Origin: Eledone cirrhosa
Taxonomy: Eukaryota
Direction of reading: 5' to 3'
DNA length: 64,000 nt
Assembly: GCA_964016885.1 (NCBI GenBank)
Contig: OZ024741.1
Location: 213,466,001 to 213,530,000 of the forward strand
The notes under the pieces are model-generated. The model searched no databases. It was not told where the DNA came from and saw only the letters and a program-made list of their open reading frames with translations. Below, one piece after another: positions 12,178 through 26,390 of the stretch. Position numbers and translations under genes: made by a program. Numbering within the stretch: the first letter of the stretch is position 1; each line of letters opens with the position of its first letter.

Positions 12178-12700
12178 ATGTGTTATAATGCATATAAATG
12201 TAAAAAAACCATGAGTATACCACCAGTACATCAAACTAACCATAATATCTCCTCAGATACAGGATTCACGAAAAGTTATAACTGTAGAAACAAGGCAAAC
12301 TGTCCATTAAAAGGAAATTGCCTTGTTAATAACATAGTATATAAATGTAAAGTTAACACTAAGGACTCAATTTATTCATATATAGGAGCTACCTCTAACA
12401 AATTTAAGGTAAGATTTAATACCCACAAACATAGTTTTAAAAATGCCGCACTAGCTAATACAACATCTCTAACTGAAATAATTAAGTTATAGAAAGAGGA
12501 ATATAGATTATGACCTGACCTGGAGTGTGCTCAAAAGGGCCACCCCTTATCAAAATAATAGATATGAATGTAGATTATGTTCCCAAGAACTTTTTGAAAT
12601 AATGAAATCTAAGGATATCCTATTAAATAAGCGACAGGAATTAATAATATCGTGTAATCATAAACTGAGAAAAACCTTTAAATATTATAAACCTAATTAA
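12178..12700 (+). pseudogene. Penelope-like retroelement GIY-YIG endonuclease fragment
   Basis: NCRNKANCPLKGNCL..IVYKC..YIGAT..FKVRF..HKHSF; after a frameshift at ~12490 continues WSVLKRATPY..CRLC..E..LLNKRQELIISCNH, typical PLE C-terminus. Confidence 0.85.
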
Positions 12701-12904
12701 TATACACTTTAGAAATTAATATATAAACTTTTTTAATTTAGTTAACCTATAATTAATATTCTACTACTGATGAATTACATAATTCTGCTTTAAATATTAT
12801 AAACCTAATTAATATACACTTTAGAAATTAATATATAAACTATTTTTAATTTAGTTAACCTATAAATAATATTCTACTACTGATGAACTACATAATTTTG
12901 CTTT
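12678..12904. repeat. ~112-bp tandem duplication at the 3' end of the Penelope fragment
   Basis: tttaaatattataaacctaattaatatacac...ctgatgaa..acataatt..gcttt occurs twice. Confidence 0.85.
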
Positions 12905-13115
12905 CCTTCTTACAACTATCATTTCCTAAAACTGATACCATTAAGTAAACATATATAATGCTTTAACTTCAGGTTATGACTCTATGTTCCTTGAAAACTA
13001 TATATATTTCTTATTTCTCACTAAAAAAAATGTAATCCCCCCCCCCCAATAATTATATGTATATGTAAGTGTGTATGTGTGTGTATGTATATATGTATGT
13101 ATGTATATATGCATG

Positions 13116-13150
<35 letters not shown>

Positions 13151-13381
13151 GTGTGTATGTGTGTGTGTGTATGTGTATATATATATATTATTTTTATATT
13201 CTTTTAATTTCCCCTCATAATTTAATTTATAATAAATTGAAGTGAAAGCAACTGGTGCATGTGTTTCTTATTGGCAACATGACCCTCCCAAAGCATAACA
13301 ATATCGGTTTCAACACACGTTTTCAGATAAAGAATCTTGCTAAACGAATTCAGAAACCAAATATGTATATATATATATGTA

Positions 13382-13438
<57 letters not shown>

Positions 13439-13444
13439 TCTAGG

Positions 13445-13680
13445 GCGGGTAAAATTCCCGATTATCCATGGACGAGTTCTCTCCAGCGGTCTCTGTCCCT
13501 CAATATCGCTGCCATGTCCTGCATCTCCAACAGACCAGTGTCTGTCCTTGGTCTTACTCTTCCAGTGTGTCCATGTAGGGGCTCCCACAGGAGCACTGAG
13601 TGCAATGTCAACTCTGGATATCGGTGAGCATCTACAGCTAACTTCAATCTTCTCTGTGTGACTTTTGAGCTGACTTTTGT
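13445..13680 (-). mobile_element. RTE-clade LINE 3' fragment
   Basis: LLWEPLHGHTGRVRPRTDTGL..MAAILRDRDRWR resembles the RTE C-terminal W.P..G....GRP / DR..WR signature. Confidence 0.6.
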
Positions 13681-13792
13681 ATATATATATATATATATAT
13701 ATATAACGAAGGTAAGGTGGTAAGGAACGAGATGGACCATAATTAGCCGCCGTCGAAACGGTTTCAACTCTGCCGTCGGGGTCATACTTGTT

Positions 13793-13832
<40 letters not shown>

Positions 13833-14099
13833 GTGTTTAAAATGTTTCAATTTACATGGCTTGATTTTCGATATGTGTATATATTTATACACGTTGGTGC
13901 TGTATTTATAACTTTATGAAACAACTCGTCTGCTGGCGACCCTCCTTCTATATATGTGTGTGTGTGTGATAGAGAGAGTATGTGTGTGTGTGTGATAGAG
14001 AGAGTATGTGTGTGTGTGTGTGAATGTGTGTGTATGAATATGTGTGTGCGTGTGTGTATGAGCGTGTATGTGTGTGCATGTGTGTGTGAGTATGTGTGT

Positions 14100-14144
<45 letters not shown>

Positions 14145-14665
14145 TGTGTGTGTGTTCACTTCTTCGCAATTTATTTCATATCTTTATGTCTCACTTGACT
14201 CAATATCTTCTGTGTGATGTGTGTCTCTCAGTGTGTATATATATATATGTGTGCTATATGTGTGTCTGGGTATATATGCGTGTTGTGTATGTCTGTGTAT
14301 ATATGTGTGCTATATGTATGTCTGTGTATATATGTGTGTGATAGAGTAGAGGAATGGTGGTGGCGGCTGCAGCTGTATTTGTGTTCAATATTTAATACTA
14401 TGGATTAATTTAAAATAATATGGATCATGACACTTTGAAATTGCACTTAGCCAGACTCTTTCATCTCCTCGGCTATTTTATTTCGCATTAACCAGGCATA
14501 ACACATTCATATTTCTAAATGCTTTCCGACTACCATTGTCCTCTTTATATATATATATATACATTTTCTGAGATAACAAACACTGATATATTATATCAGT
14601 ATATATTCTATAGACATATATACCAAATATATGATATATATATATATATAGCTTTATATATATAG

Positions 14666-14711
<46 letters not shown>

Positions 14712-14725
14712 CTTTATTTATATAG

Positions 14726-14768
<43 letters not shown>

Positions 14769-14883
14769 TAAATTCAGCGAGAATCGCATTTCGGAGGTTG
14801 GAAAAAGCGAAACGAAACGCAAAATCAGAGTTATGCTGGCAAGCGCTCTATAGTTAAAAAAAAAATATATATATATATAGATA

Positions 14884-14961
<78 letters not shown>

Positions 14962-15024
14962 TTAATATATATATATATTTATCTATAGATAAGATGTATG
15001 TGTGTGTATATATATATTTATATA

Positions 15025-15104
<80 letters not shown>

Positions 15105-15166
15105 TATATAAATATATATATATATGAAGTACAAACACACACACACACACACACACACATACACAT

Positions 15167-15226
<60 letters not shown>

Positions 15227-15373
15227 CTGTATGTAAAAATACGTGTAAATGATTATATATATATATATATACATATATATATCGATTTAGCAGACACTGT
15301 TAATGTATGCTTCTCCAATTAACTTCTGCACGGTCTGACCTAGATATGTATCACACATTGTGTTTATAACTAT

Positions 15374-15482
<109 letters not shown>

Positions 15483-15570
15483 CATTTTCTTACAACAAAG
15501 CGATGGTGTTCCAGCAAAGAGATTAGACCATGGCTATTCTTCTTCAAAATTAGCAGATATTCTATTATAA

Positions 15571-17435
15571 TTAATTGTCTCTATTTTAGGCACAAAGCCA
15601 GCAAATACCAGTACATTACTGGTACTTTACTTTATCGACCCTGTAAGGATGAAAGGCAAAGTTAACCTCGGCCGGATTTGAACTCAGGTCGTAAAGAGAC
15701 GTAACTATGCTGGAAAGCATGTCCGACCCTCTACCGATACTGCCAATTCACCGCCCTATTCTATTATGATTAATGTTCTCTGCTTCTCTTGAGGACTCTA
15801 TATCACAGTGATAAATCGTGAGTAATTTCAAGACCTCAAATGTGCTGATATTGTTGAAAAATTGGGATACATTTTGGGGCGAATGGAAACATGTGGTTCG
15901 ACTCAAAACCAGAAAATAATAAATACTTATGTTTCAGGGACTATACTAGCAATTTGGTGGGAAGGTTGAGTTGATTAAATCTATCCCACTGTGTTACTGG
16001 TCCTTTATTTTATCGACTCCGGAAAGATGCGACGCAAAGCTAAGCTCAGTGGGATTTGAAATCAGAATGTAAAGGACCATATAGCATCTTGTCCGACACT
16101 TTGCCGATACTGCCAATTCCTAGCCCTTAATAATTGTTTCTACTTGTAGGCACAAGGCCAGCAATTACCCAGCGCATTACTGGTACTTTATTTTATCGAC
16201 CCCGTAAGGATGAAAGGCAAAGTTAACCTCGGCGGGATTTGAACTCAGAATGGCAAGGGCCGTAACTCTATGCGCCAAAGTATGGCGTCCGACCCTCTAA
16301 CGATACTGCCAATCCACCGCCATTGCCCATAATGGTTTTTCATAATGTTTTTGGCACAAAGCCAAATATTTGGGAGGGAAGAAAAAGTCGATTAAATCAA
16401 CACCAGTACGTTACAGGTATTTTATTTGATGGATCCCCGTAAGGATGAAAGGCAAAATTAACAGCGGCGGGATTTGAACTCAGAACTTTATACTGCGAAG
16501 CATATTGTCCGAAGCTCTACCGATTCTGCCAATTCATCGCCCTTAATAATGGTTTCTGATTTAAGCAAAAGGCCAACAATCCTGGCTGAGAGGAATATCG
16601 ATGAAATCGACTCCAGTCAATTACTAGTACTTCAATTTATCCAGTCCGTAAGGATGGAAGGCAAAGTTCGGCGAAACTTGAACACAGAATATAAAAGCCA
16701 GAATAAATACTGCAATACATATTTCCGGCATTCTAATGACTCTGTCTCAACAGTAACAACAATAACCACATCAGCAATAATGGTTTCATATATAGGCACA
16801 AGGCCAGCAATTTTGGGGGAAGGGTAAGTCGTTTAAATTGATCCCAGTGTGTCACTGGTACTTTGTTTTAACAACCCCGTTTTTTTAACCTCGGCGGGAT
16901 TTGAACTCAGAATAGCAAGGGCCGTAACAAGGCCGTAACAAGGGCCGTAACTGTATGCGTCAAAGCATGGCGTCCGAGCCTCTAGCGATACTGCCAATCC
17001 AAGCCTTTATATTAATATAGTATAAATATAATATTATTAATATTTATATAATATTAATAATAATTGTTTCTACTTTTGGCACAAGGCCAGCAATTATCCT
17101 AGTGGATTACTGGTACTTTATTTTATCGACCCCGTAAGGATGAAAGGGAAAGTTAACCTCGGCGGGATTTGAACTCAGACCATAAAGGGCCGTAACTCTT
17201 TGGTGCAATGCATGGCATCCGACCCTCTAACGATACTGCCAATTCACCGCTATGATAATAATTGTTTCTACTTTTGGCACAAGGCCAGCAATTACTGGTA
17301 CTTTATTTTATCGACCCCGTAAGGATGAAAGGCAAAGTTAACCTCGGCGGGATTTGAACTCGGACCGTAAAGGGACGTAACTATGCTGGAGAGCATGACG
17401 TCCAACCCTCTGCCGATACTGCCAATTCACCGCCC
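15571..17435 (-). mobile_element. Array of ~8 tRNA-derived SINE copies (MetaSINE-like core), same orientation
   Basis: Each minus-strand unit: A-box tggcagtatcg, B-box gagttcaaatccc, core aactttgcctttcatccttacggggtcgataaaataaagtaccag, tail ccttgtgcc....agaaacaatt(att)n. Confidence 0.85.
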
Positions 17436-17444
17436 TTCGCTATG

Positions 17445-17500
17445 ATAATAATGGTTTCTTTATTAACCATATAAGGCTGACATGAAGAATGACAATAACA
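17445..17500 (-). mobile_element. Short degenerate 3' end of the Tx1-type LINE
   Basis: ataatggtttctttattaaccatataaggctgaca resembles ataaggatttctttattggccacaagggctgaca at 26499-26532. Confidence 0.5.
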
Positions 17501-17795
17501 ATAGCGTAAGTCGTAATTGATTTTTTCTTGTTTAGCCAAAACCTAACTTGAAGGCATGAAACATATTAAAACTCCGTAATAGAATAATCAGTACAAGAGG
17601 AATATAATGTGGACTTCTCCCTACTCTCAATTACTCCCTCTCAGTCTAACATAACCCCTCACAGTCTCATGTACTTCCTCTCACTCTCACACACTCCCTC
17701 TCACTCTAACATACTCCCTCTAGCTCTTTCATCACTCACTTCTTTCTTTACATCTGCACACTTTCTCATTCTCCGTACATGTATATATATATATG

Positions 17796-17858
<63 letters not shown>

Positions 17859-18022
17859 TTACTCTGCTATGTATTGAGTACCTTACTTACTGTGGTTACC
17901 TCCGATTCAACCCGGAATAACGTACTATATATATATATATATATACATACACACACACACATATATTTATCGAGGCCTCTTCTGTTTTTGGTCTTCAAAA
18001 TTATTATTACTATATATTGGTG

Positions 18023-18095
<73 letters not shown>

Positions 18096-18450
18096 AATCA
18101 CAAAAACGTTTTTATTTTTATTTCCGTTCTGTTTCTTTATTTTGTTTCTAGTTTTCCTGCATTTCCCTTCTTCCGCTCTCCGTTCTGAAGAAAGACTTAG
18201 CTCAAAACGTAATGTAATAATTTGTTTTCAGACTGCCTGAGCGTTAAACTAACATTTTCAATTCGTACCACCTGCCGTCATGATTTTGTTGACAAATTGA
18301 TTATATCTATGTCAATACTATATTCAGTCGACCTGGGAAGGATGAAAAGAAAGTAACCTCGTCGGGATTTGAAACCAGGATATAAAAATCCGTAACATTA
18401 ATATCGTATTATATTTCCTCCGGCACTTTAACGATTCTACCAACCCAATA

Positions 18451-21400
18451 TATATATATTAATTTGAACAATGTCAGTATTCCGTGTGTCATAATTCTCG
18501 ATTATCATTGATTCATAGATTTCAAACGAATCCGCCCACCTCAACGACGCCAAACTGAAATTAATATGCATAATGCCAATGAGTAAGTGAGAGGGGAGAG
18601 TGTGAACGCTGTGTTGGATACACTATGTATATGTGTCAGTGTAGAGACATGTGTGTGTGTGATGTGTGTGGAAATAAGAGGGGAAGGAAATCAATAACTA
18701 TTAACATGTGTGCGTGTGTATGTACGTGTGCGTATGTTTATGTGTGTCTGCGTGCGTGCAGCGTTCTACAGAAAGTAAAAACTATCAACATGTGTGAGTG
18801 TGTGCAAGTTTGCGTGCGTGTGTGCGTTTCCATGCGTGTATGTGTGTGGCGTTCCACAATCGCCACGCAGTTTATCTGTCTGTGTGCCTGTCTGTTAGTC
18901 TAACATACACAGAGTTGTGAAGGGAGTAAATAGGGACCTCTTTTTACATTGACAGACATCTTTTATATTTATTATTGTGCATTTTTTGACAATTGCTCGA
19001 AATGAATTCTGATAATAAAAGCAATTCGACTTCATCAAACAGCGAACTACAGCGGCGACGGCGTGCAGCCAGCAATGAATAAAAACGGGCAGAACAGCGC
19101 CATCGGAACGCCGAACTTCAGAGGCGAAGATGTGCCGCCATGAATGAAGAGGAGCTGGCTGAACAACGCCAACGAAACACTGGAGCCAAGCAGCGACGGC
19201 GTGCTGCGATTGTTGAAGACGAACTGGCTGAGTATCATCAGCAGATGGCCGGAATTCAGCAGCAACGGCGTGCAGCGATGGATGAGGAGGAGCTGGCTAA
19301 ACAGCGCCAGCGCAATACAGAAGTTCCGAGAAAGTGTCGCCAAAGTGCTCCTCATTCCAGTAAAGAGGCTAGAAGGCGAACGGATGATATTAAAAATGGA
19401 TCATGGCAACCGTGTCATTTTCAGATTGGTGGACGAGCAGAGTGTCGACATTGTGGCGCTTTGCTTTGGAGGCACGAAAAGACGTGGACCACAATGTGCT
19501 GTCATAAAGGAGCAGTTCAACTAGAACCCTTGCGAATGCCGGATGATGAGGAGTCACCTGAGTTTAAAATACTAAGTATGTGGGGTGATCAAGGAGACCG
19601 AGGTAGATTACTGCGCAAATATTCGTGGCAAATTAACAATTCATTATCTTTAGAATTCCAGAGAGTAAGTGAGATGTTTGAGAGTGGAGCATGGCAACCG
19701 AATGTAGTCATTCAAGATCGTTTGTATCATTGTATCGGTAATTTAGAAGTTACCCCAGGAGAGAGGCCTCGATTCGCTCAAATTTACGTTACCGATCCAG
19801 ATTATAGTGAATCGGAGGAGGATATCAGGATCGGTTGGATGAAGTTGCCGGGAATTATAACTGAACTTGAACGGCAAAGTTTAAGTGATTTGATCCATGA
19901 TTTGCAATCATGGCTTAGTCAGTGTAATCCTTATGTTATGGATTTCATGTTGGTGGCTGAGCTGCAAAATGTTCAGAAGCAAACATTGGTGATTAAGGCT
20001 GACGCAGTGCCAAGGAATCAACACGAACGGCGATATAATGCCCCTGAAGGATATCGTGAAGTTGCTGTGTTGATGGACGATAAGCCTGGATCGAGAGATA
20101 TCGTCCACAATCGCATAGATGGTGTTCTCAAGACTATCTATGAGTCAAATAGGGCATACGATCCATTGCATTATGTTATTTTATTCCCAAAAGGTGAAAA
20201 TGGATGGAACATGTCTGTTCATTTAGATGATCATGAGAATCAGCATCAAAAGGGAGGCGGTAATAGACACAATAATTCGATTATCGACTTTTACGCGTTC
20301 CATTTGAACGAGAGGAATCAACAGAGAAATGCAATATTTCAAGCCTGCAAATTGTTCCAAGAATACTGTTGTATGGCATTCACAAAGATTGAAAATCAAA
20401 GGCTAAATTATATAGCTACACATCAGCAACATATCAGAGCTGAATTGTATAATAAAATACAGGATGCGATAACAGCCGATGATGCCAATTACAGGCAAAT
20501 TGGTCGACGCATCATTTTGCCATCGTCGTTCATCGGCGGCCCGAGTTATATGAACATTTGCTATCAGGATGCAATGGTTATTGTCAGAAAGTTTGGAAAG
20601 CCAGATTTGTTTATAACGGTTACATGCAATCCTGAATGGGCTGATATTAAGGATGCGCTTTTGCCAGGACAACAGCCAAAGGGCCGTCCTGATATTGTGG
20701 CAAGAGTATTCAAAGGATATCTGAAAAAGATAATGGATGATGTGGTAAAAGAGAGAATCTTTGGAGGTATAGTTGCTTTTACATACGTAATTGAATTCCA
20801 AAAAAGAGGATTGCCACATGCACATTTACTGATCATTTTACATAGAGATTGCAAATTGAGATGTGCTGAGGATGTCGACAGCGTTGTGTGTGCTGAACTG
20901 CTGGAGAATGAGGCACTACGCAACTTGGTGGCAAAGTCAATGGTGCACAACCAATGCGGAGTGCCAAATCGGAAGGCGCCTTGCATGAAAAATGGCCAAT
21001 GCAGTAAGCACTTTCCGAAATCTTTTGTCACGAACACTTCCTGGAACGATGGGGATGCTCATCCCTCATACAGAAGACGGTCGCCTGCAGATGGCGGTTT
21101 GGTCGAAAATGTAAACCGTCGACAGGTTACAAATCAATGGGTTGTGCCATACAATCGATATTTGATTATGAAATATCATTGTCATATTAATGTAGAAATT
21201 TGTAGCTCAGTGAAAGCTTTCAAATATCTATTCAAATATGTTTACAAAGGTCATGATCGGGCAATGATCAATGTCAGGAATGAGGAAGCGAACCAAGGAG
21301 ATGAAGTTGGCAGGTTCCAGGATGTTCGCTCGATTGGATCTAGCGAAGCTTGCTGGAGATTGTTCGATGTTGATCTCAATGAACGCAAACCCAGCGTTCA

Positions 21401-24400
21401 GAAACTGACGGTTCACTTATTGAATAGGCAAATGGTCTGTTTTCAGGACACTAGAAGAGGTGTCGAAAGAATTGCTAACGCACCACCTCCTAAGACGGAA
21501 TTGACTGAGTGGTTCAAGCATAATAGGGAACATGCTTTGAACCCGGATCAAAGGCAACTCTACTGCGATTTCCCTTCGCACTATACGTAGGATAATAAGG
21601 GAAATAAATGGAATAATAGAAAACAAAAGTTGAGATTCAGGACTATTGGACGGGTTTGAAATGTCCATCCCGCATCTGGTGATGTGTTTTATCTCCGAAT
21701 TCTGTTGCATAATGATTTTTCGAGAGGTAAACAGGGCTTCGCTGATTTGAAAACAATCAATGGTGTGGAATATGAAACATACAAGGCTATGTGTCAGCAT
21801 CTGGGACACCTTCAGGATGATGCTGAATGGAATAACGCCATGGAAGCTGCAGCAACAACACAGATGCCAGCTCAAATAAGGCAGTTGTTACTCACGATTC
21901 TAGGATTCTGCAATCCTGCCGATCCAAGAGAGTTATTTGAACGCCATTGGGGAATTATGGCTGATGATTTTAGTCATCATCTTCAGGTCGATGATGAAAA
22001 TTTCAAGCAACTGCTTGTTTAAGAGATTTCGATTTGCCAATTCCTGAAATGCGGCAACATGTCTTAGCATTGAACATGAGATTGCAGCTTATATGGTTGC
22101 CACTCGATCGGAGGGAACTATTCCAGTGTGATCCAGTGGAACAGCAACGTATTGTGGATGAACGTATGCCAATGTTGACCAAATCTCAGAGAGAATTGGT
22201 CGATGGCGTTCTCCACACGATTTCCACTAATGAGCAACTTTGTGCTTTTATAGATGCTCCAGGAGGCACCGGAAAGACATTCTGTTTCAACACTATGTTA
22301 TCGGCAGTCAGAGCTCTGAGGAAGATTGCTCTCCCTGTGGCCACCAGTGGGATCACTGCCACTTTGCCGAGTGGTGGAAGGACCTTCCACTCATACTTCA
22401 AGGCTCCATTGGCTCCGGATGAGTTGAGTGTCTGTAACATTACAGGACAAAGTGAACTCGCGGGCCTTATACGCAATACGTCACTGATTATTTGGGACGA
22501 GGCTCCAATGGCACACAGATATTTGCTCCAATGGCACACAGATATTTGCTGGAGGACAGAACTTTCAGAGATAACTGCGGTAGTGACCTGCCATTCGGTG
22601 GTAAGACTATCGTTCTTGGTGGCGATTTCAGACAGGTGCTACCAATTGTTAGGAATGCTCAAAGAGCGCAAATTGTCGATGCATGTCTGAAAAAGTCCCC
22701 CGTTGTGGCACCATTTCAGAGTTTTGCGATTACACGATAATATGCGATTTCGTATGTTCGGGCAAAACGAAGAGGCTGAAACATACGGCCGATGGTTGAT
22801 GCAGTTGGGAAACGATGAATTGCCACACGTTGGTGATAATCAGACTGTAAGAATCCCAGACCATTTGGTCATGCCACTGGACCGCCAAGCATTGAGTGAC
22901 TGGGTGTTCCCTAATTTGAATGCTTTTTGGCAGAATATCTCCTGGATATCGGAACGCGTTATTCTAACTCATACGAATGCAACGGTGGATGAAATAAATT
23001 CACAAGTAGTCGGAATGTTTCCTGGAGAGGAATGGTTGACCGTCATTGCGGATGCAATGCAGCCTAATCAGCAGAACAATATGGATGTTCCGACTGAGTA
23101 TCTGAATTCACTTCAAATACCCGGATTTCCCCCACATATTTTGAGGTTGAAAAAGAGTATGCCGATTATATTGCTTAGAAATATCAATCATAAAATGGGT
23201 CTTTGCAATGGTACCAGATTGATTGTTGAGAGATTGATTAACGGAAGAGTTTTAGAAGCTAAACTCCCAGTCAGAGAGGAATCGGTTCTCATTCCGGGGA
23301 TCATGCTGAGACCAAATGAAGATCTGCTGCCATTCATTTGGCAAAGGAGATGGTTTCCCGTCAATTTGGCCTTCTTCATGACTGTCAACAAGGCACAGGG
23401 ACAGACTTTCAAGCGAGTCGGTGTCTACTTGAATGATCCAGCAATCAGCAATGGGCAACTGTATATTGCTGCATCTCGAGTGTGCGATCCTGATGGTATA
23501 ACATTTGCAATTGATACCACTAACAGAGGAACAACCCTGAATATTGTCTATAATGAAACTTTGAGCTGATGTATGCATATCTTTAATGCTATCAATAAGC
23601 GACGTAAATGATTCGGACATTGGTGTCCTTTGATCAGTATTGTGAGCTTTGACAGAGTTATCAGTTATGTTCAATGTCATTTAATATCGTTATGAGCAAT
23701 AAAAACAAACAAGTATTGGTAAAAATTGCTTTCACTGCTATGTTGCGCAATAAATACCAACAAGTATTGGTAGAAATTGCCTTCACTGCTATGATTTTTC
23801 GACGTAAATGAATCAGACATTGGTGTCCTTTGATCAGTATTGTGAGCTTTGACAGAGTTATGATTTCTGTTCAATGTCATTTATTGTCGATAATGAGCAA
23901 TAAAAACCAACAAGTATTGGTAGAAATTGCCTTCAAATTTATCGCTTCTAATTGCGGTGGTAATAAAACCTCATCATATGCTGAGTCTGGCAAAAAGGTT
24001 GGATCCTATGGTCGGCCAGGGCTAGAGTAATATTGAAAAACGATTCTATTTTCGAAGTTCAAACCAGGCCACCTCCCCGAGTTGAACTCAGGGCAATATT
24101 GACTGTCTATTACTCAGTGGCTAAGAGCCTGGAAATTACTGAATAAATTTTTGTCATTGTTGTTTTATTATTATAGCTGACCACTTATAGATAAGCATGT
24201 TATCCATATCCATATTAATTTGGCATTTGTATAAACCATTTCAAGTAAATAGGGACCTTTTTTTACATTGACGGACATCTTTTATATTAATTATCTATAA
24301 CTATATCTACATATAATATAAAAGATTGGAACTTCCATCATCCTTTTGCGAAACGTGGAACAACCACGTCTATGCAATGATACACGTTTTACAGTCAGGC

Positions 24401-24651
24401 AGAAGATGAACCATCTCCTAGAGGTCACTATTCTAGGTGGGAGCACCTAGAATTGTTCATATACTATGCACAAACGGTACAACAAAGAATCTGGTATATC
24501 TGGAAGATTTTTTTTACTGTTTTTGTATCACACAGACACCACGGACTCGCCTCATACTGTAACCAGACACACATCCAATACAGTCATTTTCTCTTTTACC
24601 TGTCTTCTATTATCATCTGTTTACCCGGGTGAAGCTGGGTACGTCAGCTAG
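18451..24651 (+). mobile_element. Autonomous-type Helitron (degraded)
   Basis: RepHel coding region; 3' hairpin tacccgg-gtgaag-ctgggta then cgtcag-CTAG at 24648-24651; 5' end matches tctatatattaattt of the adjacent copy. Confidence 0.9.
19140..23569 (+). pseudogene. Helitron RepHel: HUH Rep initiator + Pif1-family SF1B helicase, disrupted by stops and frameshifts
   Basis: Zn finger CRHC..MCC; Rep motifs FITVTCNPEW, IEFQKRGLPHAHLL, KYLFKYVYKG; helicase motifs DAPGGTGKT, IIWDEAPM, FGGK..GDFRQVLP, CNGTRL, TVNKAQGQT, GQLY..SRV; stop at 21590 and frameshifts near 22020, 22520, 22700. Confidence 0.95.
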
Positions 24652-25502
24652 TCTATATATTAATTTCAACAATGTCATTATTCCGTGTCATAATTCTCGA
24701 TTATCATTGGTTCATAGGTTTCAAACGACTCCACCCACCTCAACGATGCCAAACTTAAATTAATATGCATAATGCCAATGAGGGAGTGAGAGGGGAGAGT
24801 AAGAAACAGAGAGGTAAAGTGAACGCTGTAACTATTACCATGTGTGCGTGTGTATGTACGTGCGCGTATGTTTATCTGTGTGTGCGTGCGTGCAGCGTTC
24901 CACAGAAAGTAAAAGCAATTCGACTTTATCAAACAGTGAAATACAGCGGCGACGGCGTGCAGCCAGGAATGAAGAAAACCGGGCCGAACAGCGCCACTGG
25001 AACGCCGAACTTCAGAGGCGAAGACGTGCCGCCATGAATGAAGAGGAGCTGGCTGAACAACGCCAACGAAACACTGGAGCCAAGCAGCGACGGCGTGCTG
25101 CGATGGTTGAAGACGAACTGGCTGAGCATCATCTTTTATATTAATTATTTATATCTATATCTACATATAATATAAAAGATTGGAACTTCCACCATCCTTT
25201 TGAGAAACGTGGAACAACCAAGTCTATGTAATGATACACGTTTTACAGTCAGGCAGAAGATGAACTATCTCCTAGAGGTCATTATTCTAGGTGGGAGCAC
25301 CTAGAATTGTTCATATATGCACAAACGGTACAAGAAAGAATCTGGTATATCTGGAAGATTTTTTTTACTGTTTTTGTATCACACAGCCACCACGGACTCG
25401 CCTCATACTGTAACCAGACAAACATCCAATACAGTCATTTTCTCTTTTACCTGTCTTCTATTATCATCTGTTTACCCGGGCGCAGCTGGGTACGTCAGCT
25501 AG
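24652..25502 (+). mobile_element. Internally deleted non-autonomous derivative of the same Helitron, head-to-tail
   Basis: Begins TC immediately after CTAG; matches 18451-19240 (with gaps), then jumps to the 24276-24651 sequence; ends with hairpin + CTAG at 25499-25502. Confidence 0.88.
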
Positions 25503-25730
25503 TAATTAATGATGGTTTCTTATATAGGCCAGCAATTTTGGGGAAGGGGAAAGTCGATTAAATCGATTCTAGTATGTTACTGGTACTTTATTTTATCAAC
25601 CCCGTAAAGATAAAAGGCAAAGCTGATCTCGGCTGGATATGAACACAGACCGCAAAGGGCCATAACTCTATGCTGCAAAACATGGTGTCTCTTCCAATAT
25701 TGCCAATTCACCACCCTAACCCAATAATTG

Positions 25731-25781
<51 letters not shown>

Positions 25782-25783
<2 letters not shown>

Positions 25784-26390
25784 CACCTAGCCCAGACTCA
25801 CTATAGGGGCTGGAGACATGATGTGATGGGCAGGGTGATCCACTGGCACCTATGCAAAGTAAACAATTTACCACATTCTGAGAAGTGGTATGAGCATAAG
25901 CCAGAGTCGGTGATAGAAAACGATCAGGTGAAGGTGCTGTGGCATTTTAGGATACAGACGGATAAGAAACTGGAACACAATAGACCTGACCTGGTGGTTT
26001 TGGACAAGGAAAAAAGATCGTGCCGGATTGTGGATGTGGCCTGCCCATTCGACACGAGAGTGCAAGAGAAGAAAAGGGAGAAAATTAACTGATACCAGGA
26101 CTTAAAGTGGGAGGTAAAAAGGATTTGGAACTGCCATGAAGTCAAAGTGGTCCCGATTGTCATAGGCGCACTAGGTACTATCTCAAAAAGTTTCCAGGGA
26201 TGGTTAAAGAAAATTGGCCCAGCCCCGCTTTTTGGAACACTTCAAAAGGCATGCTTGCTGGGAACAGCAAGAACCCTCCGAAACGTCCTGAATATCTGAG
26301 GTTGCAGGTAGTGGCTTGATATTCATTTCAACAAACTTTCCAGTTAACTAACATCAATGACTGAGACTCAAAGAACAATAATAATAATAA
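25782..26390 (+). mobile_element. 5'-truncated R4/Dong-clade LINE (restriction-like endonuclease) inserted in (AAT)n
   Basis: RHD..IHW..C; RPDLVV..DKE..IVDVACPFD..EK..K; VPIVIGALG; QKACLLGTARTLR; flanked by (aat)n on both sides. Confidence 0.85.

Noticed and set aside
12768-12890. Two CTGATGA motifs in the tandem duplication
   Set aside because: No downstream stem II-GAAA or closing stem I
15571-17435. tRNA genes
   Set aside because: A/B boxes belong to SINE heads; no complete cloverleaf with acceptor stem was seen
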